Positions 25,399-39,115 of a stretch of DNA of 64,000 bases are shown here, piece by piece. The notes beneath the pieces were generated by a model. That model did not search any database and was not told the origin of the DNA. It was given only the letters and a program-made list of their open reading frames with translations. Numbering within the stretch: the first letter of the stretch is position 1; each line of letters starts with the position of its first letter. Position numbers and translations under genes: made by a program. The DNA is from Malacoraja senta. Its lineage: Eukaryota. The DNA lies in contig JAXLNO010003343.1 of the NCBI GenBank assembly GCA_038087875.1, positions 1-64,000 on the forward strand, read 5' to 3'.

Positions 25399-26367
25399 AA
25401 AAAACTCAATACTCCTTCAAATAGTTCCGTTCACACAAGTTCTATGTTATCTAACTTTCGCTTCCACACTAGGGTCAAATTACAGAGACCAATTAACCCA
25501 TAAAACCTGGCATCTTTAGTATGTGTGTGAAAACTGGAGGACAGTGGAAACCCATGCGGTCATAGGGAATACATGCAAACTTCACACAGCCGACAACCGA
25601 GGTTAGGATTGAACTGATGTCTATGACGCACTGAGGCAGCAGCTCTATCAGCAGCGCCACTCTGCCTCAGGTTGCGTCATGTTCAGCACAAACGTTGTTG
25701 GACAAAGGACCTGTTCCTCTATTACAGGGGCATTCCCATTCACCGTAAAATTCAGCGAACTCAGCACCATTGGGTCACTGGAAATATTCCCTGCCTGACC
25801 ATCAGATCCCTCCAGATCAGTCAGACAGACACCAGTTAGGCAGCATCTGCCTGCAAATGATTCATGTCCCTCAAACCCCTCCATCTCCATGCACCACGAA
25901 GGTGCACCCCAGACGCCACCATCCCTGGCAGTGCTTTCCAGGCACACACCACATAGTATGTAATACAAACTTGCCCTTTTTAAAAAAACTGCAGCTTCTA
26001 CCCTGCACTGAATATAATGCAATAAGTTAAATGCCATAGTAGGCATTTAGTTAATTGGGATAATTTTAGTCAATTGGGAGGTGTGATTGCAAATCTTGTA
26101 CAATATCATAAACCAAGTAAAATGTGACAAAGTCAAAATGGCCAGGCACAAAGAACAGAATAATCATGAACATCAATAACATGTCAATAACTAGACTCTC
26201 CTTGTGTAAGGCAGCATGCTGTAAGGTTGCAAACTCGTTTGCTCCCTTAACTTTTAGCTTCCACTGACCACTCTTTCAATGTTACTGGTGACTATTTGAC
26301 TTCAAGACACCGTCTAACTGTTCATAAAGTGTTGATAACACTTTTACACGCCTTAATCGTGAAAAGC

Positions 26368-27200
26368 ATGGAGACAAGAAGGAAAGGAGGATCCCCAAAG
26401 AAGGAACTGGGGAAAGCCACAACCACAGCTGTAGCTTCTGATTCCAGCATCATAGAAGCAATATCGAAAATGAACGATGAATTGAAAAATGAGCTGAAAA
26501 ATGAAATGAAAACAAGATTTGGCAGTTTGGAAGAAATGGTGAAAGGAGTTTCGACCAAATTGAAGGAAGTCCAAGGAAAACTGTCTTTGTTACAAGATGA
26601 ACTTCGTGAACAAAAGGATCAAATTGATATCTTGCGCACCCTGGGACAGGAGAGAGATTTGAAGATTGAAAAATTGGAACGGAGAATGAATGAAAACACT
26701 CGAGCACTTCAGCAATACAGGTCTAAAAATATGGACTTAGAAAACAGAAGCCGTCGTTTGAATTTACGAATTGTTGGTTTGCCGGAAGGCCAAGAAGGAG
26801 ATAACGTTATAAAATATGCTTCTAAAATGATAAAGGAAACATTCAACATTGAGCACAATGAAAACCTTCCGTTCCTGGAGAAGGCACACAGGATTGGGAA
26901 GAGATCCGGTAATAAACCGAGACACTTGATCATTCGGTTTCATTTTTTTCAAATGAAGAAGAATATTCTCCAGGCAACAAAAAAGTTTGGTGTGGTTGAA
27001 TATGAAGGATGTAAGTTTCAGTTTGTCCCTGATTATAGTTACGAGCTTTTGGAAATAAGAAAGACTTTTTATAATGTAATGTCTGATTTGTATAAGAAAA
27101 ACTGCGCCCAGCTCTATTATCACCAGCTAGATTGCGTATTCGGCTTTTCAATGGTAACTTTCGATTTTTTAACAGTCCTCAAGATGCCTCCAGCTGCGTC
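26368..27200 (+). pseudogene. L1 ORF1p (coiled coil, RRM, CTD), frameshifted near 27100
   Basis: DLENRSRRLNLRIVGLPEG, EKAHRI, PRHLIIRF, FVPDYS; the C-terminal PARLRI motif is in another frame. Confidence 0.9.
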
Positions 27201-27826
27201 TGAAGAGCTACGACGAGGAAGGGGAGTAATTGATAGCTGATTAAGTTATAATTGGAGATTTACTGTTCCTAATTTGACAACATTTCGTTTCGTAATGATT
27301 AAGAATTTAACTGGACGAGTTGTTTTTCTTTTATATATATTCTTTTAAGAATTTCTTTGTTAATTCGTGTTCCCCTGTCGTTAGACAAACTAAGAGAACG
27401 CAGTTCTTGTTTTTTATATCTTGACCTTGGATAATAATAAGCAGCATTCCATGCCAGTCTGTATTTTTTTTTCTTCTCTCTCAAAGAGATAATAACGAAT
27501 GTGTTATGACGTAGTGGTTAAATATTATTCTTTTTATGCTGAGTGCTGTTACTGGGAGAGATGGGATTGGGGAGGGGATTAGGTAGTTTGCTGACTGTCT
27601 TTTGGTCAGTTTGGGGTTCTACAGGGGTGGGAGGGGGGAGGGGGGAGGGGGGAGGGGTCTTTTGTTCCCTATTTTGTGATCTCCATTTGTGCAAATTCTG
27701 AACTACAAAATTGGCTGAAATGTCGTCACTTCTGGCTCCGCCCTAGATTTTTCTTCTTCCAGTATTATGAACTTTTAGGCTTCAAGAAATTAACCCATTA
27801 CATCCCACATGATTTTTACAAGCAAT

Positions 27827-30800
27827 ATGGATAAAGTTACTAATTTCCTTTCATGGAATGTGAATGGCTTGAACCATCCCATTAAGAGGATATTTTTTTA
27901 AAAAGTTCTTCACAGACTTAATGCTCAGATTATCTTTGTTCAGGAAACTCATGTAAGGCAAGATGACAAGTCACGATTTTTCAAGTTTTGGAGAGGACAG
28001 CAGTTTCATTCAAATTCACAGGCTAAGGTGAAAGGTTGTCTCTATTTTTATTGACCCCTCAATTCTGTTTGTTCACCATGAAACAATTTCTGATCCATAT
28101 GGCAGATTCTTGGTGATTACCGGTGTCCTTTATAGGCAAAAAGTCACTATGGTGAATGTCTATGCACCAAATATTGATCACCGTGAGTTTTTTAAACAGT
28201 TAATTGCATCCTTTCCTAATTTAAATGAACACTTTTTAATAATGGGTGGAGACTTCAATTGCTGTTTGAATCCCTCGATTGATACGTCTACATGTGATCA
28301 TGTGCTTCCAAATAAATCAGCTAATTTTATTAATTCTTTTTTACTTGACTCGGGAATGTTAGAAATTTGGAGATTCTTACATGCAAATGACAAAGAATTT
28401 TCATTTTTCTCTCATGTATATCATAATTATTCTAGGATCGACTATTTTATACTAGATTCTCGGCTAATTCCATTCGTCATTGCATGTGAGTATGATACAA
28501 TTGCTATTTCTGATCATGCACCAGTGAAACTATTGATCAAACTACCTGATTCCAAGTTTAGTGCTAAACAATGGCGATTTAATGCTACTTTGCTTCAAGA
28601 CTTAAACTTTATTAAGTTTATGAAAGATCAGATTGCTTTTTACTTCTTGACAAACTCTAATGAAGAGATATCCAATGGTATAGTTTGGGATGCTTTTAAG
28701 GCATATATTCGTGGACAAATTATTTCATACTCCGCGGGATTAAAAAAACAAACACAAAAAGAAATACGCACATTGGCTGACGAGATTAAAGAAATTTATA
28801 AAAAATATTCAAAAGCTCCTAGTTTAGAGCTCTATAAGAATAGAGTTGAACTTCAATTGAGATATGATTTGTTATTAGTATCACCGATTGAGAACCAGTT
28901 ACTTAAAACCAAAAGTAAATTTTATATAAATGGCGTAAAATCTGGTAAATTACTTGCTAATCAATTGAAAGCAGTGTCGGCCAAGCGTCAGATTACTAAA
29001 GTGAGTAAACGGGATGGTACAGTAACCGTAGACCATGACGAAATTAATAAATCCTTTCAGGAATTTTATACCTCCCTATACCAATCAGATTTTCCTACTG
29101 ATTCCAATATATTGCATGAGTTTTTAAAGAAACTGAACTTACCAAATTTACCATATAATGAGTCTCTGTTGTTTCGATGAACCCATCACGGAAGACGAAA
29201 TACAGAAAGCAATATTTTCAATGAATTTTGGTAAAGCTCCCGGATTAGATGGGTTTACAGTAGAATTCTTAAAGTATTTCTCAAATTTATTGTCTCCATG
29301 GCTATGCAAGGTATTTAAAGAAGCCTTTTTAAGGAATAGATTACCACAATCTTTTTATGAAGCTTCTATTTCTTTAATTTAAAAAAGATAAAGACCCTAC
29401 TGAAGTGACATCATATAGACCTATATCAATGTTAAATGTAGATTTTAAAATTCTTTCCAAAATATTAGCTATGAGATTGGAAAAGATTTTACCGCAAATT
29501 ATCTCTGAAGATCAGACAGGTTTTATTAAAAATCGTTACTCATTCTTTAATGTTAGGAGACTAATAAATATTGTATATACAGCGTCTAATAAAACCCCAG
29601 AATGTGTCATCTCACTTGATGCCGAGAAGGCTATTGATAGAGTAGAATGGAATACTTATTCAATATACTTGAAAAAGTTAAGATTGGTCCAAAATTTATC
29701 TCTTGGATCAAACTGATATATCTTATACCTCAGGCTTCTGTATTTACTAATAATCAGAGATCCCCTTTTTTCAGGCTCTTTCAAGGTACTAGACAGGGCT
29801 GTCCCTTAAGTCCTTTACTATTTGATATTGCTTTGGAAACTTTAGCCACTGCTATTAGGGAATACCCTAATATTTTTGGTATTGTCCGCGGGAATAAGAC
29901 ACATAAGCTATCTCTTTATGCAGATGATCTGTTATTATTTATTTCTAACCCTGAGAAATCTATTCCGGCAATAGTAGCATTACTTAATCAATTCAGTAGT
30001 TTTTCTGGTTATACAATACAATACAATACAATACAATTTATTTGTCATTTGGACCCCGTTGAGGTCCAAACGAAATGTCGTTTCTGCAGCCATACATTAC
30101 AAAACGAAGAAGACCCGAGACACAACACAATTTACACATACATCCATCACAGCGCTGTGATGGAAGGCAAAAATAACGTATCTCTCCACTGCACTCACCC
30201 CCCCGATGTCAGAGTCAAAGTCAAAGCCCCCGGCGGGCGATGGTGATTGTCCCGCGGCCATTAAAGCCACGCCGGGTGATGCAAGGTCGCGCACCGGGTC
30301 TTGGTGTTAGAGCCCCGGCGTGCGCTCGCAAAGTCCCGCGGCCATTCCAAGCCGCGCGGGGCGGTGATGTAAAGCCCCGCTCCAGGTGCTCTTCAACCCC
30401 GCAACTCGGGCGGGAGAAGTCGCCGCTGTGGAAGCCCCGAAAAGCGGTCTCCCACCAGGGACCCGCGGGCTTCCGGTGTTGCCGTCCGCCAGACCCGCGG
30501 CCGTAGCCCCTGAATCTCCGGGGGTCGGGTTGCAGCAGCGCTCCACCACAGCTCCACCCGCTCCGGACTTGGCCAGCCCCGTGACGGTGAGTAGTCCGCA
30601 GCTCCGCAACTGGAGCCCCAGGTCGTTCCTGCTGGAGGCCGCTCCACGTTGCCCAGCCCCAACGACAACGGAGACCCGACAAAGAAAAGGTCGGGTCTCC
30701 CGTGCAGGGGAAAGATTTTAAAGTTCACCCCCCCCCCCACCCCCACACACATACCCCGACAAAAAAAATAATAAAAACTACATAGAAACGAGACAAAAAT

Positions 30801-31700
30801 AATAAAAAGACAGACGGACTGCAGAGGCCGCTGCTGACGAGAGTCGCGCCTAAATCTAAACTAAACTAATTATAAACTAAATCTTAGTAAGAGTGAGCTT
30901 TCCCATTAAATAATTTTGTTTCGAGTTATGGACAGTTTCCATTTAGATTGACTACCGAACCATTTTTACTTATTTAGGTATTAAGATCACCAAGAAACAC
31001 AAGGATTTATTTAAAGCTAATTTTATTCCTTTAATTGACCATATTAAACATCAGTTCACTAAATGGTCACCAATGTCCTTATCCTTAATTGGCTGAATCA
31101 ATGCTATTAAAATGTTCATTTTACCTAAATGTCTGTATTTATTTCAGACGATACCAATTTTTATTGCCAAATCTTTCTTTGATATTATAGACTAAAATTT
31201 CTTCATATATATGGCAGAATAAAAATCCCAGACTAGGTAAAAAATACCTACAGAAATCAAAAAAAGTTGGTGGTTTGGCATTGCCGAACCTTAGACTCTA
31301 CTATTGGGCAGTCAATGTTCGTTATTTAACATTTTGGACAAAAGATTTAGAAGATACCTAATGCCCTGGATGGATAAACCTAGAACGTGATTCCTTACAA
31401 GGGCTATAATTGGCTTCTATTCTAGGGACCTCGTTACCTTTTACAATTACGAGATTGAATAAATATATGACGAACCCAATAATAAGACATACGTTCCGAA
31501 TACGGTTTCAATTTTGTAAGTTTTTTGGACTATCTGATTTTATCCAAATTTCTCTTCCAACCATCTAGTACTGATCAAGTTTTTTTGTAATGGAAGAGGA
31601 AGGGATTAGTAGCTTTTTGTGATTTGTTTTTGGAGGGTTGTTTTATGTCTTTCGAACAACTCTCCAATAAATATAACTTACCTAACAGACAAACAGACTT
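27827..31700 (+). pseudogene. L1 ORF2p (APE endonuclease and RT), multiply disrupted
   Basis: SWNVNGL, QETH, NVYAPN, GGDFN, SRIDY, SDH; KAPGLDGF, YRPIS, GTRQGCPLSPLLF, YADD. Confidence 0.92.
30014..30869 (-). mobile_element. ~850-bp GC-rich non-autonomous retroposon (unclassified), copy A
   Basis: Interrupts L1 ORF2 at SGY|KLNLSK; 5-bp TSD TTATA (30009-30013, 30870-30874); (TTGTA)n tail; no coding homology recognised. Confidence 0.8.
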
Positions 31701-32366
31701 AAATTGTTGAATTTCTCAGTTCANNNNNNNNNNNNNNNNNNNNNNNNNNNNNNNNNNNNNNNNNNNNNNNNNNNNNNNNNNNNNNNNNNNNNNNNNNNNN
31801 NNNNNNNNNNNNNNNNNNNNNNNNNNNNNNNNNNNNNNNNNNNNNNNNNNNNNNNNNNNNNTTACATTTATGTTTCCTTTTAAAGATTTAACTATATTCA
31901 TTGTGTATTTTGACACTGGTCTCATATTAGGTTATACCTGTTATTAATGTGTTTAATCATGATCCCTATGTATCAATACCATTGTTATGTTTATCATTAT
32001 TCTTTTTGCTCTGTTTTTTTAATGTTTTATTTTTGTTTTTGTTTTTGTTTTTTGGAAAAAAAACAATAAAAAGATTTTAAAAGAAAGGTACTGAATAAAA
32101 AAGTTGGGATGTTCTGCTACAGTTGTACAATATGTTGGTGAGGCCACATTTAGAGTATTGTGTTAAGTTTTGGTCACTCCACTATCGGAAGGATGTCATT
32201 AACAGGGCCTGTGATTCAGGGAGAGGATGAGAATGCTTGGACTTTAATCCTTGGCACGCAAGAGGCTGAGGGGTGATCTTATAGAGGTTTATAAAATCAA
32301 GGAGCATAGATAGATTGAATGCACAGAATCTTTTAACCAGCCTTGTGTAATCAAGAACCAGAGGAC

Positions 32367-32938
32367 GGATTAATAACAGCAACAAAATTAATACTGAAAT
32401 TTTGGAAAAATGCTCCTACGCCAACAATAAAAATGTGGACTTCTAATATGTCGGAATTGTTACATCTAGAAGATATGAGATTCCTCCTAGCAGGTAAACA
32501 AGACCAATTCCAAAAGATTTGGTCTCCATATATTGACTTATTACAAACATAAGGTGCAACAAAATGATGATAATAAATGGTTTTAAGTCCTGGCGAGGGG
32601 TGAGTAAAGATAAGAAGTAGGTGCATCCCTTTCATATTGTCCTATCTTATTTTATTTTTTCTCTTTTTTTTCCTCTCTTCTTTAACTACTTCATGTGGTT
32701 TAGGTACACATCTGTGTTCCTGGACCACTTTTTCATTCACTCACTGACTGTCTTTGCTAGCTCTTTCTATCCTTTCTTTCTATTAAAGTTGAAAAACAGA
32801 AGTGGTACAAGAACTGTATAAATTTACGTTATTGCAGATTACTGTAATGTAAAATACTTCTAATAAATAATAAAAATAAAAAAAATAAAAAAATAAAATA
32901 AATAAAAATAAACAAAAAAATAAAAAATAAAAAATAAA
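32367..32938 (+). mobile_element. Young 5'-truncated L1 inserted in a CR1 fragment
   Basis: 14-bp TSD AAGAACCAGAGGAC (32353-32366, 32939-32952); ORF2 C-terminus KLILKFWK...KIWSPYI; (AAAAT)n tail. Confidence 0.92.
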
Positions 32939-35099
32939 AAGAACCAGAGGACTTAGGTTTAAGGTGAGAAGGAAACGAGTTACTCGGAACCAGAGGAAGT
33001 GGAAATATGGAAGAACATTCCAGGGGAAGGAGTTGAGGCAGGTATTAAAAAACATTTAGAACACAGGTAGATAGGAAAGGTTCAGTGAGATATGGGTCAA
33101 TTGCAGGAAAATTGTAGTTTAAACATGGCATCTTGGTTGACATGGCCAAGTTGAGGCAAAGGGCCCATTTCCATGCCGTATGACTCTATGGCTCCGTGGG
33201 CTTGAAAAGCCAATTCTTTTCCGTTTCACTGCTAAATGATAGTTAATCACCCTCACTAATAGTGACCACAATGGCAGACCCATGACCACGACTGGTTTAC
33301 AGTGATAATAAGCTAACCATTGCCTCAGTTCAAATATGCATGTCGTTGATGTTCAATGACTAAATTGTTGCTGCATTCTTAGTTTTGGCAAGGTTCTGAT
33401 TTGGGTGCTGGAGCTGTTGGACATCTTGATACCATGAAAGCAGAACCTCCGTTTCAGGAAATATACTTGCTGACTGGTGTCTCAGACCAGCAGTGCCTGG
33501 GAACATTGTATTTTGAAGAGGAAATATTACACAACCAAGGCCAAGTGCTCGAGAAAGCAGCACGTCTGTTATTTCAATGAAAACTCTGCTCTTCATCCAT
33601 CTTGTCATTTTGATCACCCAGTTTATTTTATAATATTGTATAACATTTGCAATCAATTCTCACAGTTTATGACATTTACAGCTGGTGTGAAGATGCATCA
33701 GTCAATACCTTCTGTCTTCCAATTTAGTTTATTTAATAGAAAGATAGAAACATAAAAAAATAGGTGCAGGAATAGGCTATTCAGCCCTTTGAGCCAGCAC
33801 CGCAATTCAATACAATCATGGCTGATCATCCAAAATTAATACTCCGATCTGGCTGTTTCCCCATATCCCTTGAATCCCTTAGCCCTAAGAGCTAAATCTA
33901 ACTCTCTCTTGAAAACAGTGATACAGTGTGTAAACAGGCCATTTGTGCCACCAAATCCATACTAACCAGCAATCACCCATTCATAATAGATTTCCCATCC
34001 ACCCCTACACTATCAGGGTGACTTACCGAGGATGATTACCTGCACACCTGCTCATCTTTGGGATATGGGAGGAAACCGGAGCTCCCTGAGGAAGCCCACA
34101 TAGTCACAAGAGAATGTGCAAACTCCACGTAGACAGTACCCGAGGTCCAGATTGAACCTGGGTCTCTGGCGTTGTGAGGCAGCAGTTCTACCAGCTACAC
34201 TACCATGCTGCATTACGTACAAACTCTAAATCCTACACTGACTTTCCCTTCCACTTGTTATATTCAACACAATAACTCCTTTACACAGGAGGAAAGTGAA
34301 CTGCAATTCATCACCAGAATATATCTTACAACAGTGTGATCACAGGCAAGAAATCAGTGATATAGATGACTGAATTTACACTAAAACCCTGATCATCCAG
34401 CTCTCTTGGGATTTGGGAAATGGTAGATTTTAAGGACTGCTGCATGTTACTCCAAACGTACTTTAATTCAACTAATTTAAGCACTTGTTGAGCAAGTCAG
34501 TGGTTGAGGTGCATCTGTACACTACTATCAGACTTAAGCGGAGGAATACCCATTGTAATTTGCCTGAAGAGTCTCGAACCAGATTGTCACCTATCCATGG
34601 TCTCCAGGGATGTTGCCTGACCTGCTGAGTTACTATAGCACTGTCCCTCACAGTCTTTCCCAATCTTATATATCAAAAATAGTCAGCATCTTTCTACATC
34701 ATAAAGAGTCATGGAAATATGCAGCATACAAACATGGCCTTTGTCCCACTGACCTGCACCAACCATTCATGTACACTAATCCTACATTTGTCCCACATTC
34801 TCAACAGCTCTCCCCACATTGTATCATGCACAATCTAGGGGACAACTAACCTACCAAACAATGTTTTGGGGATGTGGGAGGAAACCAGAGCACCTGGGGA
34901 AACCCACATGGTCACAGGAACAACATGCAAACTCTACAGATACATCAGCCGATGTCGGTATTTAATTCAGGTCTCTGGCTCTGTGCTGTCCTGTTTCACA
35001 TTGTAGTCCACCTGTCATGTTGTTGCTCATTCATTCGGCTTTCCACCTTGAACCATTTCTCCCACTACTCACATTCCCACTTAAATTTGAGTTTTCCAG

Positions 35100-35425
35100 C
35101 AACAGCGGCCTTGGTGGCAGCTACTGTGTGCAGCGGTAGAGTTGCTGCCTTACAGTGCTTGCAGCACCGGAGACCCGGGTTCGATCCCGACTACTGATGC
35201 TGTCTGTACAAAGTTTGTACGTTCTCCCCATGACCGCGTGTGTTTTCTCCAAGATCTAAGGTTTCCTCCCACACTCCAAAGACGTACAGGTATGTAGGTT
35301 AATTGGCTTGGTGTGTGTGTATAGGATAGTGTTAATGTGCGGGGATCACTGGTCAGCGCAGACTCGATGGGCCGAAGGGCCTGTTTCGTTACTGTATCTC
35401 TAAATTTAACTAAACAAAACTAGTA
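35100..35425 (+). mobile_element. V-SINE; further copies at ~33935-34212 (-), ~34790-34985 (-) and ~35495-35800 (+)
   Basis: B-box GGGTTCGATCCC, V-domain and CR1-type tail. Confidence 0.8.
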
Positions 35426-36056
35426 AACGTTAAACTGCAACCAATCTGCCTCATAGCTGACTTGGATCATGAGCAGTGGGAGCCCCCAACAGAGCAGCAC
35501 AGTGTCACAACTCGTAGAGCTGCTGCCTCACAGCGACACAGACCCGGGTTCAATTTTGACCTTGAGTGCCATCTATGTGGAGTTTGCATGTTCTCCGTGT
35601 AACCGCATTGGATCCCTCCAGGAGCTCCGGTTTCCTCACACATCCTAAGATGTGTCGGTTTATAGTTTAATTGGCCACTGTAAATTGCCCCTAGTGGGTG
35701 GGTGACTGGATGAGAAGGTGCAATGAGATAGAATTCATGAGAACAGGTGGTTGGTGGTTGGCATGGACACGGTGGGCCAAAAGGACTGCTTGCATGCTGT
35801 ACTTTTTAATGACTCATTGATATTTCTAGGATTTGGGGCAGTGAATCCATAATGTATAACATTTTTTTACACTGAATTCACAATTTTAAAATATCTGATT
35901 ATCAGAAACATTTAACAACAGCACAAAGGCTAGTTGACAGTGGTGACTGTCGAGGCATTTCAGGTGTAGCTGCTGCCTTATCCTACTTGAGATCGATCAT
36001 TTCTTCAAGCCCAATACCTTTACTAGCAACAGTGCATCACAATTTTTCCATCTTAC

Positions 36057-36164
36057 CTCTCCTCTTTTTTCTCCACCAAACAATTACTGCCAAGACAATA
36101 GCCAGAAATATCAGCACACACACGGCAATAAGGCCTATGTGCCTGTCTTTCTTCCTATTTCCTT
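36057..36164 (-). CDS. Transmembrane exon of the MHC class I-like gene
   Basis: TTTTTCAG acceptor, 108 nt, phase 1/1, (E)GNRKKDRHIGLIAVCVLIFLAIVLAVIVWWRKKRR, donor G|GTAAGA; hydrophobic helix with basic stop-transfer, 2.7 kb downstream of alpha3. Confidence 0.85.
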
Positions 36165-37929
36165 CTGAAAAATAAGAATGCATAATTTTACAAATCAATT
36201 GTTAAGCTGTGCAGCTAAATAGATGGGCACTGTCTGAAGACTTCAGGGTGAAGAAGGGTCTCGACCCGAAATGCCACCTATTCCTTTTCTCCAGAGATGT
36301 TACCTGACCGCTGAGTTACTCCAGCATTTTGTGTCTATATTTGGCGCTTTTCAAGGTATATAAGATGATATGGTGTTTTGAATCACGGAGTTCTGCAGCA
36401 TGGCAAAGGGACAATATCTGTTCTGTACAACTCTATGATCTATGGCACCATCACAGCCACAACTTAATTCAAGAAAGAAGGTGAATTGAAAGCAGAAAGC
36501 TTTAACCCTATATAAACTAACATTTGTTTTGGGGAAAATGCTGGATTCCTTTCAATAATGGCAGAACATTTAAGTAATAACAAAACAATAAAGTGCATTA
36601 TCAGGGCATTAACAGGAAAATTGTAGAAAGAAAGAGATGCAGATACTGATTTACACAAAAGCTTTAGTTTAGTTTATTGTCACATGTATTGAGGTACAGT
36701 GAAAAGCTTTTGTTACGTGCTAACCAGTCAGTGGAAAGAATATACATGATAGACACAAAATGCTGGAGTAACTCAAGGGAACAGGCAGCATCTCTGGCGA
36801 ACATGGATTCATCACCTATTCCTTTTCTCCAGAGATGCTGGCTGACCAGCTGAGTTATTCAAGCAATTTGTGTCCATCTTCGGTGTAAACCAGCATTTGC
36901 AGTTTCTTCTTACACATGGACAGGTGACGTTTCATTTTGGGACCCTTCTTCAAACTTTGTTTGAGAAATTGATTAGAATTCTTTGAAAATGCAACAGGAA
37001 CCCGTAGACAATGTATATTCGAGCAGCAGGTGTGAAAAGCCTAAAATTCATAAACAAAATGATGGAAAAGCAGAATAGGTAACAAAATTCAAATGAGAAA
37101 CAAAAGAAATACAATATATTGTAGAGATCCAAACGTCATGAACAAATCAATGTTTTTAAAGAAATACAGTTTTGGCCCACTCGCGTTTAGTAAGGACTTG
37201 AGCAAAGTTCCTGCCATTGTAATCGGGCACACCAGTTGACTGGCGATTAACTCATCACCAACTCCCACCAAAACCCTGTCACTCACGTGATAGTCCCAGC
37301 TCCCCTGACGAGGGTTCTAGCAATAAGTGGCCTGACCACCAGATGTCGCCAGAATATCTGGATTTTCATAAGATATCTGATCAAGTGATGCAAAGGCACA
37401 TGGCTTATGACATTGGGGGTAATAATTAGCATGAATGGAAAAACAATTAAGAGCAAGCAGAGAGTTGTCTTAAAGGAGTGTTCAGGTTGGGAAACTGCAA
37501 CTGCAGGTTGGGAATCAATGCAAGAAAGTGAACTACTTATCGTTGGTATTAAGAGCAGATGAAGGGACTGATGGCGCTGTAGCCTAGATTGCTGATGATA
37601 CATAGATAGGTTGGAAATTAAGTTCTGGGGTATGTCAACAGTCTTCAGAGTGAAACATCAGATTCCTTATTTGTGCATTGTTCGAGGGAATCTTCAAAAG
37701 TGAACATTTGTGTAGGTTCGTGCAGCATACTTGGAATCAAACTACTACGATCGCTGTTTGTCAGGCAGTTATATTTTTTGTTGCTGAATCTGTAACTTGC
37801 GTCAGGGAACTTACTTCATTAGGTTTTGTTTTATTAATGCCAGATGTTTCAAAATACAGAGCAAAGGTTTGTTTTGTATGCTACCCAAATTATAAAACTA
37901 TACATAAATACAAACTCAAAAACAATAGA

Positions 37930-38520
37930 TAGAGCAAAGAGGAGGATACAGAGTACAGAATATAGTTCTCAGCATTGTAACGCATCAGTTCCATAGACAA
38001 TGTGCAATGAGGTTGAGGTGAATCAGGCATTGAACCTACATTATGGAAGGACCCTTCCGAAGCCTGTTAACAGATGGAAAGGGGGTGTTCCTGAGTCTGG
38101 CAGTGTATACTTTCAACTTTCTGTACCTATTGCCTGATGGGAGCAGGAAGGAGGAATGACCGGGGTGGGATAAGTCTCATTTTCGAAGGCAACCTGGTGT
38201 AGACTGAATCAATAGTGGGAAGTCTGGTCTGTGTGATGATCTTTAACTCTTTGTATATTCTTGCAGTCTTGGGCAGTGCAGTTCCCAAATCAAGATGTGA
38301 TGCAACCCAACAACATGCTTTCTCTAGCAGCATCTATAGATGTTTGCTAGAGTCACCAGAGACATGATGAATATTCTCAGTCTCCTGAGGAAGTAGAGGT
38401 GTCGGTGTGCCTCCTTGGCTATGTGGCCAGTCCATGACCGAATATTGGATAAATTCATGCCAAGGAACATGAAGCTCTCAATCATTTCCACTTCGGACCA
38501 TTGATTTGGATTGGGGCATG
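37930..38520 (-). mobile_element. Decayed Rex1-like LINE 3' fragment
   Basis: Minus strand carries LPSG(N)RYRK-like and LLRRLRIF-like remnants of the Rex1 C-terminus. Confidence 0.6.
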
Positions 38521-38848
38521 TACTCCCCCAGTGCCTTGCTGTTAATCACATCATGAGGAAAGATTCATTTTTTATTTAAACATACCTTTCATAGATTTCA
38601 GTTCCACCACTGAGAATCTCAAATACTCCTTCCTTATATATTAGTTATTTATTTACTTTTAATAAATGTTCTGTTGACAAAGTCTTCTGCTCATGTGGAG
38701 AGTGGGTGCTGATTACGTGATTACTTAGAGCAACACCACTAAACAAAGAAAGTTTAAGCATCTTGGAATATGGGATGTATTCATGATGATTAAAATGGAA
38801 ACAACAGAAGATAATGATTATCTATGAAAGAATATTTAACGTTCTTAC

Positions 38849-39115
38849 CCCAGATGATGGTCTTCCCACCGGGCAGGCTGCTGTGATCGACATGACAGGA
38901 ATACTGTTTCCCATCATACGGATCATACTCAAGGACAGACCTTAGATGATATGTTCCATCGTTGTTGGGTGTGACCCCAGAAGATTTTGTCTCAGAGACA
39001 TGTTGACCATTCTGCAACCAGCTGACATTGATGGCCGGTGGGTAAAATCCAAACACAGTGCAGTACAGGACTGAATGATCATCAGGGCGGGCAGCGAGAG
39101 TGACCTCAGGGGAAA
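38849..39115 (-). CDS. MHC class I alpha3 (Ig C1-set) exon
   Basis: TCTTGTAG acceptor, 267 nt, phase 1/1, open: SPEVTL...LYCTVFGFYPPAINVSWLQNG...PNNDGTYHL...YSCHVDHSSL...IW; donor G|GTAAGA. Confidence 0.92.

Larger units (their letters stand above)
26200..32080 (+). mobile_element. Near full-length, decayed fish-type L1 LINE
   Basis: ORF1, ~600-bp inter-ORF spacer with a G-rich tract, ORF2 (APE then RT), T-rich 3' UTR and A-rich tail near 32060; interrupted at 30014-30869 and by an N-gap. 5' boundary approximate. Confidence 0.93.

Noticed and set aside
30097-30752. Several GC-rich ORFs of 88-153 aa, also at 44385-45015
   Set aside because: They lie within the non-coding GC-rich retroposon copies, are open because of base composition, and are not conserved between copies.
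33360-33565. Possible terminal cytoplasmic exon of the MHC-like gene (phase-compatible, open to a stop)
   Set aside because: Weak polypyrimidine tract and no recognisable class I tail motifs; unsupported without transcripts.
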